Shown here: positions 49,806-59,232 of the stretch, in pieces | Position numbering within the stretch: the stretch's first letter is position 1 | How the letters are laid out: each line of letters opens with the position of its first letter | Source: Candidatus Parcubacteria bacterium | Lineage (GTDB): Bacteria; Patescibacteriota; Minisyncoccia; Phycocordibacterales; Zambryskibacteraceae | NCBI GenBank assembly: GCA_019661895.1 | Contig: JAIFWO010000001.1 | Span: 1,181 to 65,180, forward strand | Length of the DNA: 64,000 bases | Direction: 5' to 3' | Translations under genes and position numbers: made by a program | The notes under the pieces: model-generated | Databases searched by the model: none | Seen by the model: only the letters and a program-made list of their open reading frames with translations | What the model was told of the DNA's origin: nothing

Positions 49806-50060
49806 TTATACGGCTACACCAAGAAGGTCCGTAAGCCTCCTCTGGTCGAAGCCGATAACCACATCTTGATCGTCTATGACAATGACAGGCACGCCAAGCT
49901 GGCCGGACTTATCCATCATCTCCTCTCTCTTAGAGATATCACTCGCCACGTCGTAGTCGGTAAAGGCGATGTGATGCTCGGTAAAGAACTCCTTGGCCAT
50001 GTGGCAGAAGTGGCAGGAAGGGGTTGAATATATTTCTACTTTTTTCCCATTAATATTCAT
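49806..50060 (-). CDS. Glutaredoxin/NrdH-like redoxin
   Basis: YSTPSCHFC, SGQLGVPVI, IGFD. Confidence 0.92.
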   Translation of the reverse strand: MNINGKKVEIYSTPSCHFCHMAKEFFTEHHIAFTDYDVASDISKREEMMDKSGQLGVPVIVIDDQDVVIGFDQRRLTDLLGVAV

Positions 50061-50440
50061 AGTGCAGAGAGTATACCATCCCAGAATCTCTTGTACCAGG
50101 GCTCAGTCGACGAGGCGTCACTGCTGGAGCTCTTGGAGGAGTCGACGATGACTGCCACACGCTCCCCTGCAGCCGAGACGTTAAATTTCTGCTTTATTTC
50201 CTCGTTTATGCCCTCCTCAGTTTTCAATTTGTTGATCTCGGTATTAAGCCGCCTCTCTTCTTCGGACAGGGCGATGGATTTGGCTTCGAGCGCTAAGACA
50301 TCCGCGGCACTTTGGCGCTCTTTAAGCATAATCCCAACAGCCCCTCGAGCCAAAAACAGGGTAAAAACGACAAAAACGACTAAAGCCGGGGTCGAATATA
50401 AACGCTGTTTGATCCGCTGTCTCTTTTGAAGTTCACGCAT
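50057..50440 (-). CDS. Septum formation initiator (FtsB/DivIC-like)
   Basis: TM helix plus coiled coil; EEIKQKFNV..GE. Confidence 0.7.
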   Translation of the reverse strand: MRELQKRQRIKQRLYSTPALVVFVVFTLFLARGAVGIMLKERQSAADVLALEAKSIALSEEERRLNTEINKLKTEEGINEEIKQKFNVSAAGERVAVIVDSSKSSSSDASSTEPWYKRFWDGILSAL

Positions 50441-50474
50441 TGGAAATATCTTATCTCCATGCTACCATACCCCT

Positions 50475-50579
50475 ATGTTCGACAAACGCCACAAGAAGAA
50501 GCTCCACGGCATCATGGTCGTCGTCTCCGTGATGATGATCCTAGGTATGCTCCTACTCTACGTTCCGAGCTTCCGTTAA
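50475..50579 (+). CDS. Small single-TM protein (34 aa; below ORF-track cutoff)
   Basis: MFDKRHKKKLHGIMVVVSVMMILGMLLLYVPSFR*. Confidence 0.55.
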   Translation: MFDKRHKKKLHGIMVVVSVMMILGMLLLYVPSFR

Positions 50580-50580
50580 A

Positions 50581-52803
50581 CTACCTCAACCAATCCCCCG
50601 CCACCCAGCCATCTACTCCTGAGGAGAAGTCTACTTGCCACCAGGTGTATCCTGAGCCAGTCTGTGGTCCAGCCACGATCACTCCGGTTGATCCAGCTTT
50701 CTGCTGGCCCAAAGGCTTGCCTTTGGTGGTAGCCGTAGAGCGGACGTTTACCTTAGAGGTGGTAGTGACGAAGGAGCCGATCCCGAGGATAGTAGGCGGA
50801 GGAGTGCTTGGATCTACGGGAGTAAGGACTGAAACCGGAGAGGATTGAGCGGAAGAGTTGCCGGCAGCGTCCATGGCACTGACCGAGTATGAGTAACTGG
50901 TGCCAGCCACTACCGTACCGTCTGTATAGGAAGTGTTGGTAACCGTGTTGAGAAGCGCGCCGTTCTTGAAGATCTTGTAGCCGGTGACTGCGACGTTGTC
51001 TGTGGAAGCGGACCAAGAGAGATTCACGTGGGTAGTGTCTGAAGCTGTGCCTTGGAGGTTCTGAGGGACAGAAGGAGCCGTGGTATCTCCAGAAGTTGGA
51101 GGCGGAGGAGGAGGGAGGGAGATGGAACCGCTCCAGTCACCGGAGACTGCGCCTCGGGTAGCGTAGAGGACGGCGTCTATGTCTGCTCCTGGGTCAGAGC
51201 CGTCTGAAGCTTTGCCTTTGTATGGAGAGTTGGAAGAGAGGTGGAAGTCGGTGGAGGAGACGAAGCCGATGGCAGCTTTATTCTCAGGGTACATATTGTT
51301 TGGAGGGAGTGTCCAGGCCGCGCAGTATTTGTTCGGATCGCAGACAATGGTATTGTGGTCGAACAGCCAGCTCGGTGATGCCGCATTAAGCGTGGCGGTA
51401 CCATTCGCGCCACTACCAAAGATTGTGTACAGAGCGTCGCCGCCGACATTGTCTTGAATAACCAAGTTTGGCGCTGACGGGTCTATGATGCTCCATGTAT
51501 CGGTACTAAAGCCTGTGTTGTGAATGAAAGTTAAATTGGCAAAGCCATTGACAGTAAGGTACCGCCAAGGTGGGTTGTCTGCCCTCTGACCGACATCGAG
51601 GTTGTTCGCGATGTACAGATTCTTCATAGGAATAGTCGAGGTGTCGTATCTGGCGCTGAGCGAGTATAGTGAGTTTACATTCTTCAGCATGTTATTGCGA
51701 ATGGTGATGTCCGATGTCGTACACCAGCTGCAGCCAGAGTTTGCCGACCAGAGCGCAAAGCCCCAGCCCGCCTGATCTTGCTGCCAACTGTTCTCAAGTA
51801 CGTTTCCTTCGATAAGCACACGTACGCCTGATTTGAATTCAACAAGATTTTTTATCGATCGGTGGATGCCATCATAAGAAGGGTCGCTGGCGCGCCAGGA
51901 GAGCGGTTTGAAGATGTGGTTACCGCGAATTTCAACATCAGATGGAATGAGACCGGTGATATGTGGAGTAAAGCCGCCAATCGCAATGTTCTCAGCGGAG
52001 GCTTCGAGATAATTGTTATTAATCTTGTATGGACCAGGGCCATTACCCATAGTAATGGCTTGGACATCGAAGCCATCGTTCTCACATTTACTAATATAAC
52101 TTTCAACGACGGCACTCCAGGCGCTATGCAGACCAATGCACTTGCGGTTTTGCAACGTATCAAGTCCGTGTACATATGAACGGTCAAGTATCAAATGGTG
52201 AGGAACGCTTGCAAGCGTATTTTGGATGGTTCCTTCAGCAGTTCCGAAGGAAAGGATCTGGTTTACATCAGTAAGGGTTGGGGCTACCGTGACTTCAAGT
52301 CCGATGAGTCGGTAATAGTTCGCACCAGCCTCGGTATCCAAGGTCCAACTGTAATTCTGCCCTGTTTGTATTTTCGCGAGCTGAGATGCGTCGGTCGGCT
52401 TTACTCTCCTACCCTCCGGAGGCAGGGCACCATTGGACTTAATGACGATCCATTGATTGTTAGGGTTAGACTTGTTCCTTAAGACGAAGTTGCCGGTGTA
52501 AGTGGCTCCCGCTTGGAGGACAATGGTGTCTCCAGGCTGAGCGGTATCAAGAGCGGCTTGGAGGTTTCCGCCTGAGGTGACATTGATAGTCTGGCCACTC
52601 TGTGTTGGCATAGTAGTGTCCACGTAGGCTCGAGGGAGCTCGGCGGGGCCGGCAAAGCCGGAGTAGCTTTGGTTCACTGAGGCGGTATTAGGTCTTGATG
52701 CCGGAGCAGATCTGAGTACATATAAAGCGCCGACCAGAACAATAGCGACAAGGAACGAGCCGAATATTGATACTTTTTTCATAAGATTTGTTAAGCTTCT
52801 CAT
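50581..52803 (-). CDS. Membrane-anchored right-handed beta-helix (polysaccharide lyase-like) protein with FN3 and SH3-like domains
   Basis: N-terminal TM helix; LQAALDTAQPGDTIVL, Asn-ladder repeats, DTTAPSVP...WSASTDNVAVTGY (FN3), NVRS...WWQV...GWV (SH3b-like). Confidence 0.8.
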   Translation of the reverse strand: MRSLTNLMKKVSIFGSFLVAIVLVGALYVLRSAPASRPNTASVNQSYSGFAGPAELPRAYVDTTMPTQSGQTINVTSGGNLQAALDTAQPGDTIVLQAGATYTGNFVLRNKSNPNNQWIVIKSNGALPPEGRRVKPTDASQLAKIQTGQNYSWTLDTEAGANYYRLIGLEVTVAPTLTDVNQILSFGTAEGTIQNTLASVPHHLILDRSYVHGLDTLQNRKCIGLHSAWSAVVESYISKCENDGFDVQAITMGNGPGPYKINNNYLEASAENIAIGGFTPHITGLIPSDVEIRGNHIFKPLSWRASDPSYDGIHRSIKNLVEFKSGVRVLIEGNVLENSWQQDQAGWGFALWSANSGCSWCTTSDITIRNNMLKNVNSLYSLSARYDTSTIPMKNLYIANNLDVGQRADNPPWRYLTVNGFANLTFIHNTGFSTDTWSIIDPSAPNLVIQDNVGGDALYTIFGSGANGTATLNAASPSWLFDHNTIVCDPNKYCAAWTLPPNNMYPENKAAIGFVSSTDFHLSSNSPYKGKASDGSDPGADIDAVLYATRGAVSGDWSGSISLPPPPPPTSGDTTAPSVPQNLQGTASDTTHVNLSWSASTDNVAVTGYKIFKNGALLNTVTNTSYTDGTVVAGTSYSYSVSAMDAAGNSSAQSSPVSVLTPVDPSTPPPTILGIGSFVTTTSKVNVRSTATTKGKPLGQQKAGSTGVIVAGPQTGSGYTWWQVDFSSGVDGWVAGDWLR

Positions 52804-52821
52804 CCTATGATTATACCTCAA

Positions 52822-54675
52822 CTATTCCGATCTCATCATCTTCAAAAAGACCTCTTGGGGAATAGCCACCGTGCCCTTGCCGCGCTCGGCCATCTTCTTC
52901 TTACCCTTCTTCTGCTTCTCCCTAAGCTTCATCTTGCGGGTAATGTCACCTCCGTACATGTGCTGGGTGACATCCTTCTTCATGCCTGAGAGTGTTCGTG
53001 AGGCAATGATGCGGCCAAAAGCCTTGGCTTGGATCTTGAGGGTAAACATTTGTCTCGGGAGGAGTTTAGACAGCTTCTCGACCGCTGTCTCTGCTTCAAG
53101 CTCCACCTGCCTTCTGGAAATGACTTTGGCAAAGGCGGCCACTGGCTCGTCGGCTACCACAATGTCCATCCGGGTCACGTCGGCAGCGCGTTCCTCGGCC
53201 ACGTCGTATGAGATAGAGGCAAAGCCCGATGAAGCACTCTTCAATTTATCGAAAAAGCTTCTCATGAGTTCGCGCAGCGGCATGAGGAGAGTGAGCGAGG
53301 TTCTGTCTGCCAGCGTGTGCGTCTCCCCCACCTCGGCCTCATGCTCATAGAGAAGCTGCAAGATTGTTCCCAAATACTCCGGCGGCGTAATGATGGAGGC
53401 CTTGACCCATGGCTCACGCACGCTTGAGACCAAATGATCTTCCGGGAAAAATGATGGAGTATAGATCGTCTCTTCCTTGCCATTTTTGTATGTCACTTTG
53501 TACGTAATAGACGGCAGAGTGATGATAAGCGGCAGGTTAAACTCGCGCCGCAGCCGCTCGCTAATAATTTCCAAATGGAGCATGCCGAGGAAGCCACAGC
53601 GATATCCTCGGCCGAGCACTCCGGAGGACTCTTCCTCAAAGGAGAAGGCCGAGTCGGTGAGCTTGAGACGCAAGAGAGCCTGCTTAAGAAGGGTGAAATC
53701 GTCTTGCGACTCTGGATAGATAGAGGCCCACACCACCGGGCGAGCCTCGCGGTACCCTTCGAGGGCGGGCTCAGTGTCTGAAGCCGCCGAGACGGTGTCG
53801 CCTACCGAGACCACCCCAGGCTCTTTGATCCCGGTGACGATATATCCGATCTCGCCCTCGTTTAAGAATTCGGCCGGCGTCTCTTCGGGAGCGAAGATAC
53901 CCACCTCAAGGGCTTGGAAGGTCTTGCCCGCTACTTTAAATATCAAATTCTCCCCTTTCATGACCTTGCCACGCATCGCTCTCACAAAGACAATCACTCC
54001 CCTATGATTTGAATATTTGAAATCGAAGACCAAAGATCGGAAGGCGCCGAGCGTGTCACGAGAAAAGTCTGGTTGAGCAAGGCGACCCGAAGACTTTTCG
54101 AGAGGCAGGCTCGGCGCTGGAACTTTTGTTACAACAGCCTCGAGAAGTTCTTTTACCCCTTCGCCCGTCTTACCAGAGACTAGCAAAATATCTTTTTCAT
54201 CTACCTCAAGAAGGGTCATGATTTCTTGCTTCACTTCCTCAATCCTCGCTAAAGGTGAATCGATTTTGGAAACGACGGGGATGATGGTTAAGCCGGCCTC
54301 ACGCGCCATGCCAAGGGTGGTCAGGGTCTGAGCTTGTACCCCTTGAGTGGCATCGACAAGTAAGATCGAGCCCTCCACGGCCTTAAGCGCTCTTGAGACC
54401 TCGTAGGAGAAGTCGATGTGCCCGGGGGTGTCGATGAGATTAAGGATAAAATCTGGTCCCTCGCGATGCTCGGGACCTTCAGGATGATAAATCATCCTTA
54501 CGGGTTGCATCTTGATAGTAATCCCCCTTTCGCGCTCGAGCTCCATCGAGTCGAGGACTTGTTCCTTCATCTTCCGCTTCTCGATAGTACCAGTCAGCTC
54601 AAGCATCCTGTCAGCCAAAGTGGACTTGCCGTGATCAATATGAGCAATGATTGAGAAGTTTCGAATATGATCCAT
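52822..54675 (-). CDS. lepA: Elongation factor 4
   Basis: [53 protein letters not shown]. Confidence 0.98.
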   Translation of the reverse strand: MDHIRNFSIIAHIDHGKSTLADRMLELTGTIEKRKMKEQVLDSMELERERGITIKMQPVRMIYHPEGPEHREGPDFILNLIDTPGHIDFSYEVSRALKAVEGSILLVDATQGVQAQTLTTLGMAREAGLTIIPVVSKIDSPLARIEEVKQEIMTLLEVDEKDILLVSGKTGEGVKELLEAVVTKVPAPSLPLEKSSGRLAQPDFSRDTLGAFRSLVFDFKYSNHRGVIVFVRAMRGKVMKGENLIFKVAGKTFQALEVGIFAPEETPAEFLNEGEIGYIVTGIKEPGVVSVGDTVSAASDTEPALEGYREARPVVWASIYPESQDDFTLLKQALLRLKLTDSAFSFEEESSGVLGRGYRCGFLGMLHLEIISERLRREFNLPLIITLPSITYKVTYKNGKEETIYTPSFFPEDHLVSSVREPWVKASIITPPEYLGTILQLLYEHEAEVGETHTLADRTSLTLLMPLRELMRSFFDKLKSASSGFASISYDVAEERAADVTRMDIVVADEPVAAFAKVISRRQVELEAETAVEKLSKLLPRQMFTLKIQAKAFGRIIASRTLSGMKKDVTQHMYGGDITRKMKLREKQKKGKKKMAERGKGTVAIPQEVFLKMMRSE

Positions 54676-54686
54676 GGCACCTTACG

Positions 54687-56366
54687 CTACACGATTTCGG
54701 GATTCTGGGCAATGACTTTGGCCTTCCAGAACTTGGCATGGACAGCTCTCCAGGACTCCGCGAGTTCGCGAGAGCCGAGGAGCCGAAGGACTAAGATCCC
54801 AATGACAATACCTACCATACCCGCTACGAGGCCTTGGAGGAAGATGCCTGGAAGAGTATTGAGGTTAAAGAGCGGCGCGAAGAGGGTAAGAGCAATATGG
54901 CTGGCGTAACCCATAACTACCGAGGCGCTCGAGCATTCAAAGAGAGTCCGCTTAACAGACTTCGAGAATCCGCCATACTCTCGCTCAAAGCCGATCCAGT
55001 GCACCACGCCGTTAATGATCGTACCGACCGAGTAGCCCAAGGGCAGCATAAGCACCGCCGCGCTCCCAGAGAGATCATCGACCTTAAGAAGTGCCGTGAT
55101 GAAATAACGGAAGCCTTCGAAACTGTAAAATACTTTTACAAAGAAATATGTGCAAGCGATCAAGATGCCCGTGGAAGCAAGATTAATAAGCAAGGGCTTC
55201 CTGGTCTGCCCCGCCGAGTAGAAGGCTCTGATGAAAAGAAGTAGCAAACTTTGGAAAAGGGCCGAGACAGAGAAGATGGCCAGGGCGGCGGCGGTGAGTC
55301 GGGTGTCGTCCCAATTGAAGCGGCCCGTGCCGAGGAGCACGCGCACGATCTGCGCTCTTAAGACAATGAAGAGCGCCGTCACCGGCAGAGACCAGAAGAT
55401 GATATGCCGCGTCGTGGTCGCCATCTGTTCGATGAAGCCTTGTATATTTTTCTGCGAGAAGTATCGCGAGAGCGTCGGGAAGACTGCCAAAGAATACGAG
55501 ACTCCGATGATGGAGAGCGGCACCGAAGAAATATTGAAGGAGAAGGAGTATATGGAGATCGACCCGACGGCCATGAGCGAGGCCAAAGAGACTAGAAAGA
55601 TCGTGGATATATGGTTAATGGAGAGCGTCAGGGTGCGCGGGAAGGAGAGCAGCACCACTCTTCGAATGGAAGCGAAGTCGAAGAAGGCCTTGAACCTCGG
55701 CATGAGGCCCATCTTTATCACGTAGGGAATCTGGATAAGGGCATGGAGAAGCGCTCCCAGAGCTACTCCCCAGGCCACGCCCATGACACCGAACTTAGGC
55801 ACAAGAATTAAGACGCCTAGAATAATACCGGCATTGTAGACTACCGGCGCGAAGGCATAGACCAAGAAGCGGTTATAGGCCTGAGTGAGCGAGCCGAAGA
55901 GATTCGAGAAGCCGAGGAATATCGGCGAAAGCAGTAAGATCCTCGAGAGCAAGATGACCTGCGAGAGCGCCTCGCCAGAAAGGCCTTTAAAGAGAATGGG
56001 AGAGAACACCGGGATAAGGAAGTATGCCAGACCGCAGACGATGATGATGAGGAAGGAGAAGAACGAGAAGATATCATTTATAAACTCCTTGACCGCCTCT
56101 CTCCCCTCTTCCTCACGTTCCACGATGAAGGGCACGATCACCGAAAGCGAGACGATCGAGGCCACAGTGACGAACAGGAAGTCCGGAATGCGGAAGGCCG
56201 CGTAGTAGGTATCGAGCTCACTACCGGCACCGAAAACGTGCGCCAGTAAGCGATCTCGCAGGAAGGCCAGCACCTGGCTCAAGAGAGCAAAGAAGCCAAG
56301 AAGATACGCCGCCTGATGGAGAGTGGAGGTCTCCTTATAGAGAAGGGTAAGAAACTTCTTGACCAT
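54687..56366 (-). CDS. murJ: Lipid II flippase MurJ
   Basis: LAFLRD...FGAG.ELDTYYAAFRIPD, RAFYS..QTRKP; about 14 TM helices. Confidence 0.92.
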   Translation of the reverse strand: MVKKFLTLLYKETSTLHQAAYLLGFFALLSQVLAFLRDRLLAHVFGAGSELDTYYAAFRIPDFLFVTVASIVSLSVIVPFIVEREEEGREAVKEFINDIFSFFSFLIIIVCGLAYFLIPVFSPILFKGLSGEALSQVILLSRILLLSPIFLGFSNLFGSLTQAYNRFLVYAFAPVVYNAGIILGVLILVPKFGVMGVAWGVALGALLHALIQIPYVIKMGLMPRFKAFFDFASIRRVVLLSFPRTLTLSINHISTIFLVSLASLMAVGSISIYSFSFNISSVPLSIIGVSYSLAVFPTLSRYFSQKNIQGFIEQMATTTRHIIFWSLPVTALFIVLRAQIVRVLLGTGRFNWDDTRLTAAALAIFSVSALFQSLLLLFIRAFYSAGQTRKPLLINLASTGILIACTYFFVKVFYSFEGFRYFITALLKVDDLSGSAAVLMLPLGYSVGTIINGVVHWIGFEREYGGFSKSVKRTLFECSSASVVMGYASHIALTLFAPLFNLNTLPGIFLQGLVAGMVGIVIGILVLRLLGSRELAESWRAVHAKFWKAKVIAQNPEIV

Positions 56367-56367
56367 C

Positions 56368-58728
56368 TTATTCCTGCGTAGCGGTACTCTTTATGGGAGG
56401 GGTGGAACGCTTCTCGGGCTTCTTGGCGCTGGCCGGAGCTTTGTAGAAGGCGTCATGTCCCGCTTCAAGATTGGCGAGGATAGAGGCTACGTCGGCATTG
56501 TCTGGATTCGACGCAGCCAGGTCCTTAAATTCTCGGATGGCCTCTTCATGAGCCCCGAGTTTGTCCAATGAGAGGCCCAAGAAATATTTGGCGTTGGCAT
56601 ACTCTGGGACGATCTCGACGGCACGCTTCAGAGCCTGGGCAGCACCTAAGTAATCCTGAGTGGTGTACTTAAGAAGGCCAAGCTCGAAGAAGACTCCGGC
56701 ATTGTTGGGAGAGAGGATGGCCGTAGCCTCTGCCGCCTGGATGGCTTCAGCGACATTATTCTCCTGGACGTCGAGTTGCGTGAGGAGGAAGTAGGCGTCG
56801 ACGTAATCCTGCTTCTTCTGGATCGCGCTTTGGATATGGGTGCGGGCCTCTGCGGCGTTCCCATGATCGATCTCCAAACGAGCCATGAGGAGAGAGGGCT
56901 CGGGATTCTCGGGGCTCAATTTTTGCGCTGCTTCATAGGCACCTCGGGCGCTCTCATAAGCACCAGCTACCGCCAAAGGTTTCGGCACTAAGGCGGCGTA
57001 GACTCGGCCAAGTCTCACCCAGTTTTGATAATTGCCGGGATTTACTTTAGTGGCATTGTCTGCAGCCGCGATGCTCTTTTGGAAGACTGCCTGGAATGCA
57101 GTCTGCGTGGCCTCAGGCGTAGTAGTCGGGTTTTGGAGGATGCCTTGCGCTCGGGCAAAGGAGAGCTCGGAAAGCGAACCATAATAAATATCTGCTGGCG
57201 AGAGAGAGATGGCACGATCAAGCTCTGACTCTATCTTGTCAGCAGAGCTACCGACAACTCGGGAGAGGGCCAAAGCTCGCTCGAAGTGGAAGATCGAGGC
57301 CACCTTCTGGTATGAGACAAGCGCCAAAGAGAGTGAGCCGATCCCGATGATGATAATGACGAGGACAGAGGCGAAGTTGAGCGCCGGAGAACTGCGGAAG
57401 TGAAGTGTGCGGGAAGCGATAATACCGCCGGTTGCGGCCGAAGCCACGAAGAGTCCAGTAAAGATGAAGGCCAAAACGAGAAGGGCCGCGCTCGGCACGT
57501 AGAAGAAGGCCGCCGCCCACAAGAAGAGCGCTCCGACAAAAGAGGAGACGATGGCGAAACGCTCGGAGTTTTTAGAAATATTCCTTAGCGATCGCGCCCC
57601 AAGGATAAGAAGGGCGAGAAGAAAGCCAAGCCACATTAACCCACCAAGGAGGCCGGTAGTGGCAAGCATGGTCGGGATGAATCCAACGCCTGCTGGGAAG
57701 GCCACGTTCCAGAAGGTGGTGGTATTGATGGCCGAAGGCTTGTAGAGGAGCCAATCCTGGTCAAAGGTATTTGGCCCTGAGCCAAGGAGAGCCTCTTTGG
57801 CCAAGACCCGCCTAGCTACCGAGATGGTGGAGGAGAAGGATGGACGCACATCTGAGGTAACGATATGGAATTTATTGGAAAGCGCCGCACCAAGCGAACC
57901 TTCTGATAAGAAGGTCGGATTAATGGTAAAGATCAGAGACAGTGCCAAAAGGATGCCGACAGGCACTAAGCGCGAGAGCTTCCAAGTGCTGCGAGCTTCC
58001 ACTGTCGAGCGTTCGACCGTAAGGAAGTAAACCGCGGTGATGAGAGAGACCCCGAGAGTGATATACCAGGCTGTCGAGAAGTTGAGCACAGCCACTAGGA
58101 AGATAGACAGAAGGAAAATTATATAGACGATCGCTCTCCACGACTTGCGCAAGGTGAGCATCTCTAGCGCGAAGATGCAGATGATGGAGAGGAGCGCAAA
58201 GCCGACGGCGTAATCCGTCCAAGCGCCAATGGGACTCGCGGTAGCGTCCGGGAAGGCGCCAAAGACAAATGTATTGCCGCCAGTCGCAAGCTTAACAAGC
58301 GCGAAGACCAGCAAGAGGACCGCCGAGAGGAAGAAGGCGCCATACACCCGCAAGAGTCTCCCGGTATCCGTGACCGTAAGCGCCGACAGAAGAAAAAAGA
58401 TGGAACCCAAGAGCACGAAGGCAAATGTCCCAGTCTCGAAACTATATCCAAAGAGTGAGACCCCCGGAACCGAGCTGCCGAAAGCAGCCAGGAGATAGAC
58501 GAGCGGGAGCGCTACTACTCCCCACAGGACATAAGCTCTGGGGAGAGCAATACCCCCGGAGCGCAAGGCGCTGATCAAAAAGGCAATGAGACCCACAACA
58601 GCGCCAAGAGTAAGGAGTATGACCTTAGCCACACCAAGCGGCGCCAACGCTGTCGGGAGGAAGAATAGAGGAAGCAAGAATACAACAACGAGAAGTGTGA
58701 TGAAGCTGACTTTATAGGATGAATGCAT
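56368..58728 (-). CDS. Multi-TM O-antigen-ligase-like protein with C-terminal TPR repeats
   Basis: About 12 TM helices, LLGSGPNTF, LATTGLLG; TPRs (NNAGVFFELG, YANAKYFLG). Confidence 0.8.
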   Translation of the reverse strand: MHSSYKVSFITLLVVVFLLPLFFLPTALAPLGVAKVILLTLGAVVGLIAFLISALRSGGIALPRAYVLWGVVALPLVYLLAAFGSSVPGVSLFGYSFETGTFAFVLLGSIFFLLSALTVTDTGRLLRVYGAFFLSAVLLLVFALVKLATGGNTFVFGAFPDATASPIGAWTDYAVGFALLSIICIFALEMLTLRKSWRAIVYIIFLLSIFLVAVLNFSTAWYITLGVSLITAVYFLTVERSTVEARSTWKLSRLVPVGILLALSLIFTINPTFLSEGSLGAALSNKFHIVTSDVRPSFSSTISVARRVLAKEALLGSGPNTFDQDWLLYKPSAINTTTFWNVAFPAGVGFIPTMLATTGLLGGLMWLGFLLALLILGARSLRNISKNSERFAIVSSFVGALFLWAAAFFYVPSAALLVLAFIFTGLFVASAATGGIIASRTLHFRSSPALNFASVLVIIIIGIGSLSLALVSYQKVASIFHFERALALSRVVGSSADKIESELDRAISLSPADIYYGSLSELSFARAQGILQNPTTTPEATQTAFQAVFQKSIAAADNATKVNPGNYQNWVRLGRVYAALVPKPLAVAGAYESARGAYEAAQKLSPENPEPSLLMARLEIDHGNAAEARTHIQSAIQKKQDYVDAYFLLTQLDVQENNVAEAIQAAEATAILSPNNAGVFFELGLLKYTTQDYLGAAQALKRAVEIVPEYANAKYFLGLSLDKLGAHEEAIREFKDLAASNPDNADVASILANLEAGHDAFYKAPASAKKPEKRSTPPIKSTATQE

Positions 58729-58855
58729 AGCGTTGTGTTTATGATTAATGGATATATTGTAGCAAAGAAAGCTCTGCTTTGAAGCGAATTTGTGAATTAA
58801 AATAAGGCTAAACAGCAAATTGCAAAAATTTCAAATTCGTGATATAATACACCAT

Positions 58856-59176
58856 GGTGTCGGGTAACTGCTCCATAGCAATATGGGGAGGAAAGTCCGA
58901 ACATTCAGTCCCGACAGTTTTCTCTCGAGAAAAATCGCCGGGACACAGGTAGCAGGTAACGCCTGCCGAGGGCAACCTTAGAAGTGAGAACAGAAACGAC
59001 CCGGTTCAGTCCGGCTGAAACGCGCAAAATCTTTACCCGAATGCAAGGCCGTGTCATTTGCCTGTATGAAAGTACGGATAAATGAAGTGCCGCTCGATCC
59101 TAACGGTGACGTTGGGACCAGATAAATAGTTACCGTTCCGCTTATAGCGGAATACAGAATTCGGCTTATAGACACC
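58856..59176 (+). ncRNA. rnpB: RNase P RNA
   Basis: GAGGAAAGTCC and ACAGAATTCGGCTTA conserved regions, terminal GGTGTC/GACACC pairing, upstream TATAAT promoter. Confidence 0.95.
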
Positions 59177-59178
59177 CA

Positions 59179-59208
59179 AAATCCCGCGCAAGCGGGATTT
59201 TGTTTTCT
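59179..59208. terminator. Bidirectional intrinsic terminator
   Basis: AAAATCCCGC-GCAA-GCGGGATTTT. Confidence 0.8.
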
Positions 59209-59232
59209 TTCTATTTCTACTTTTTATTTGAG

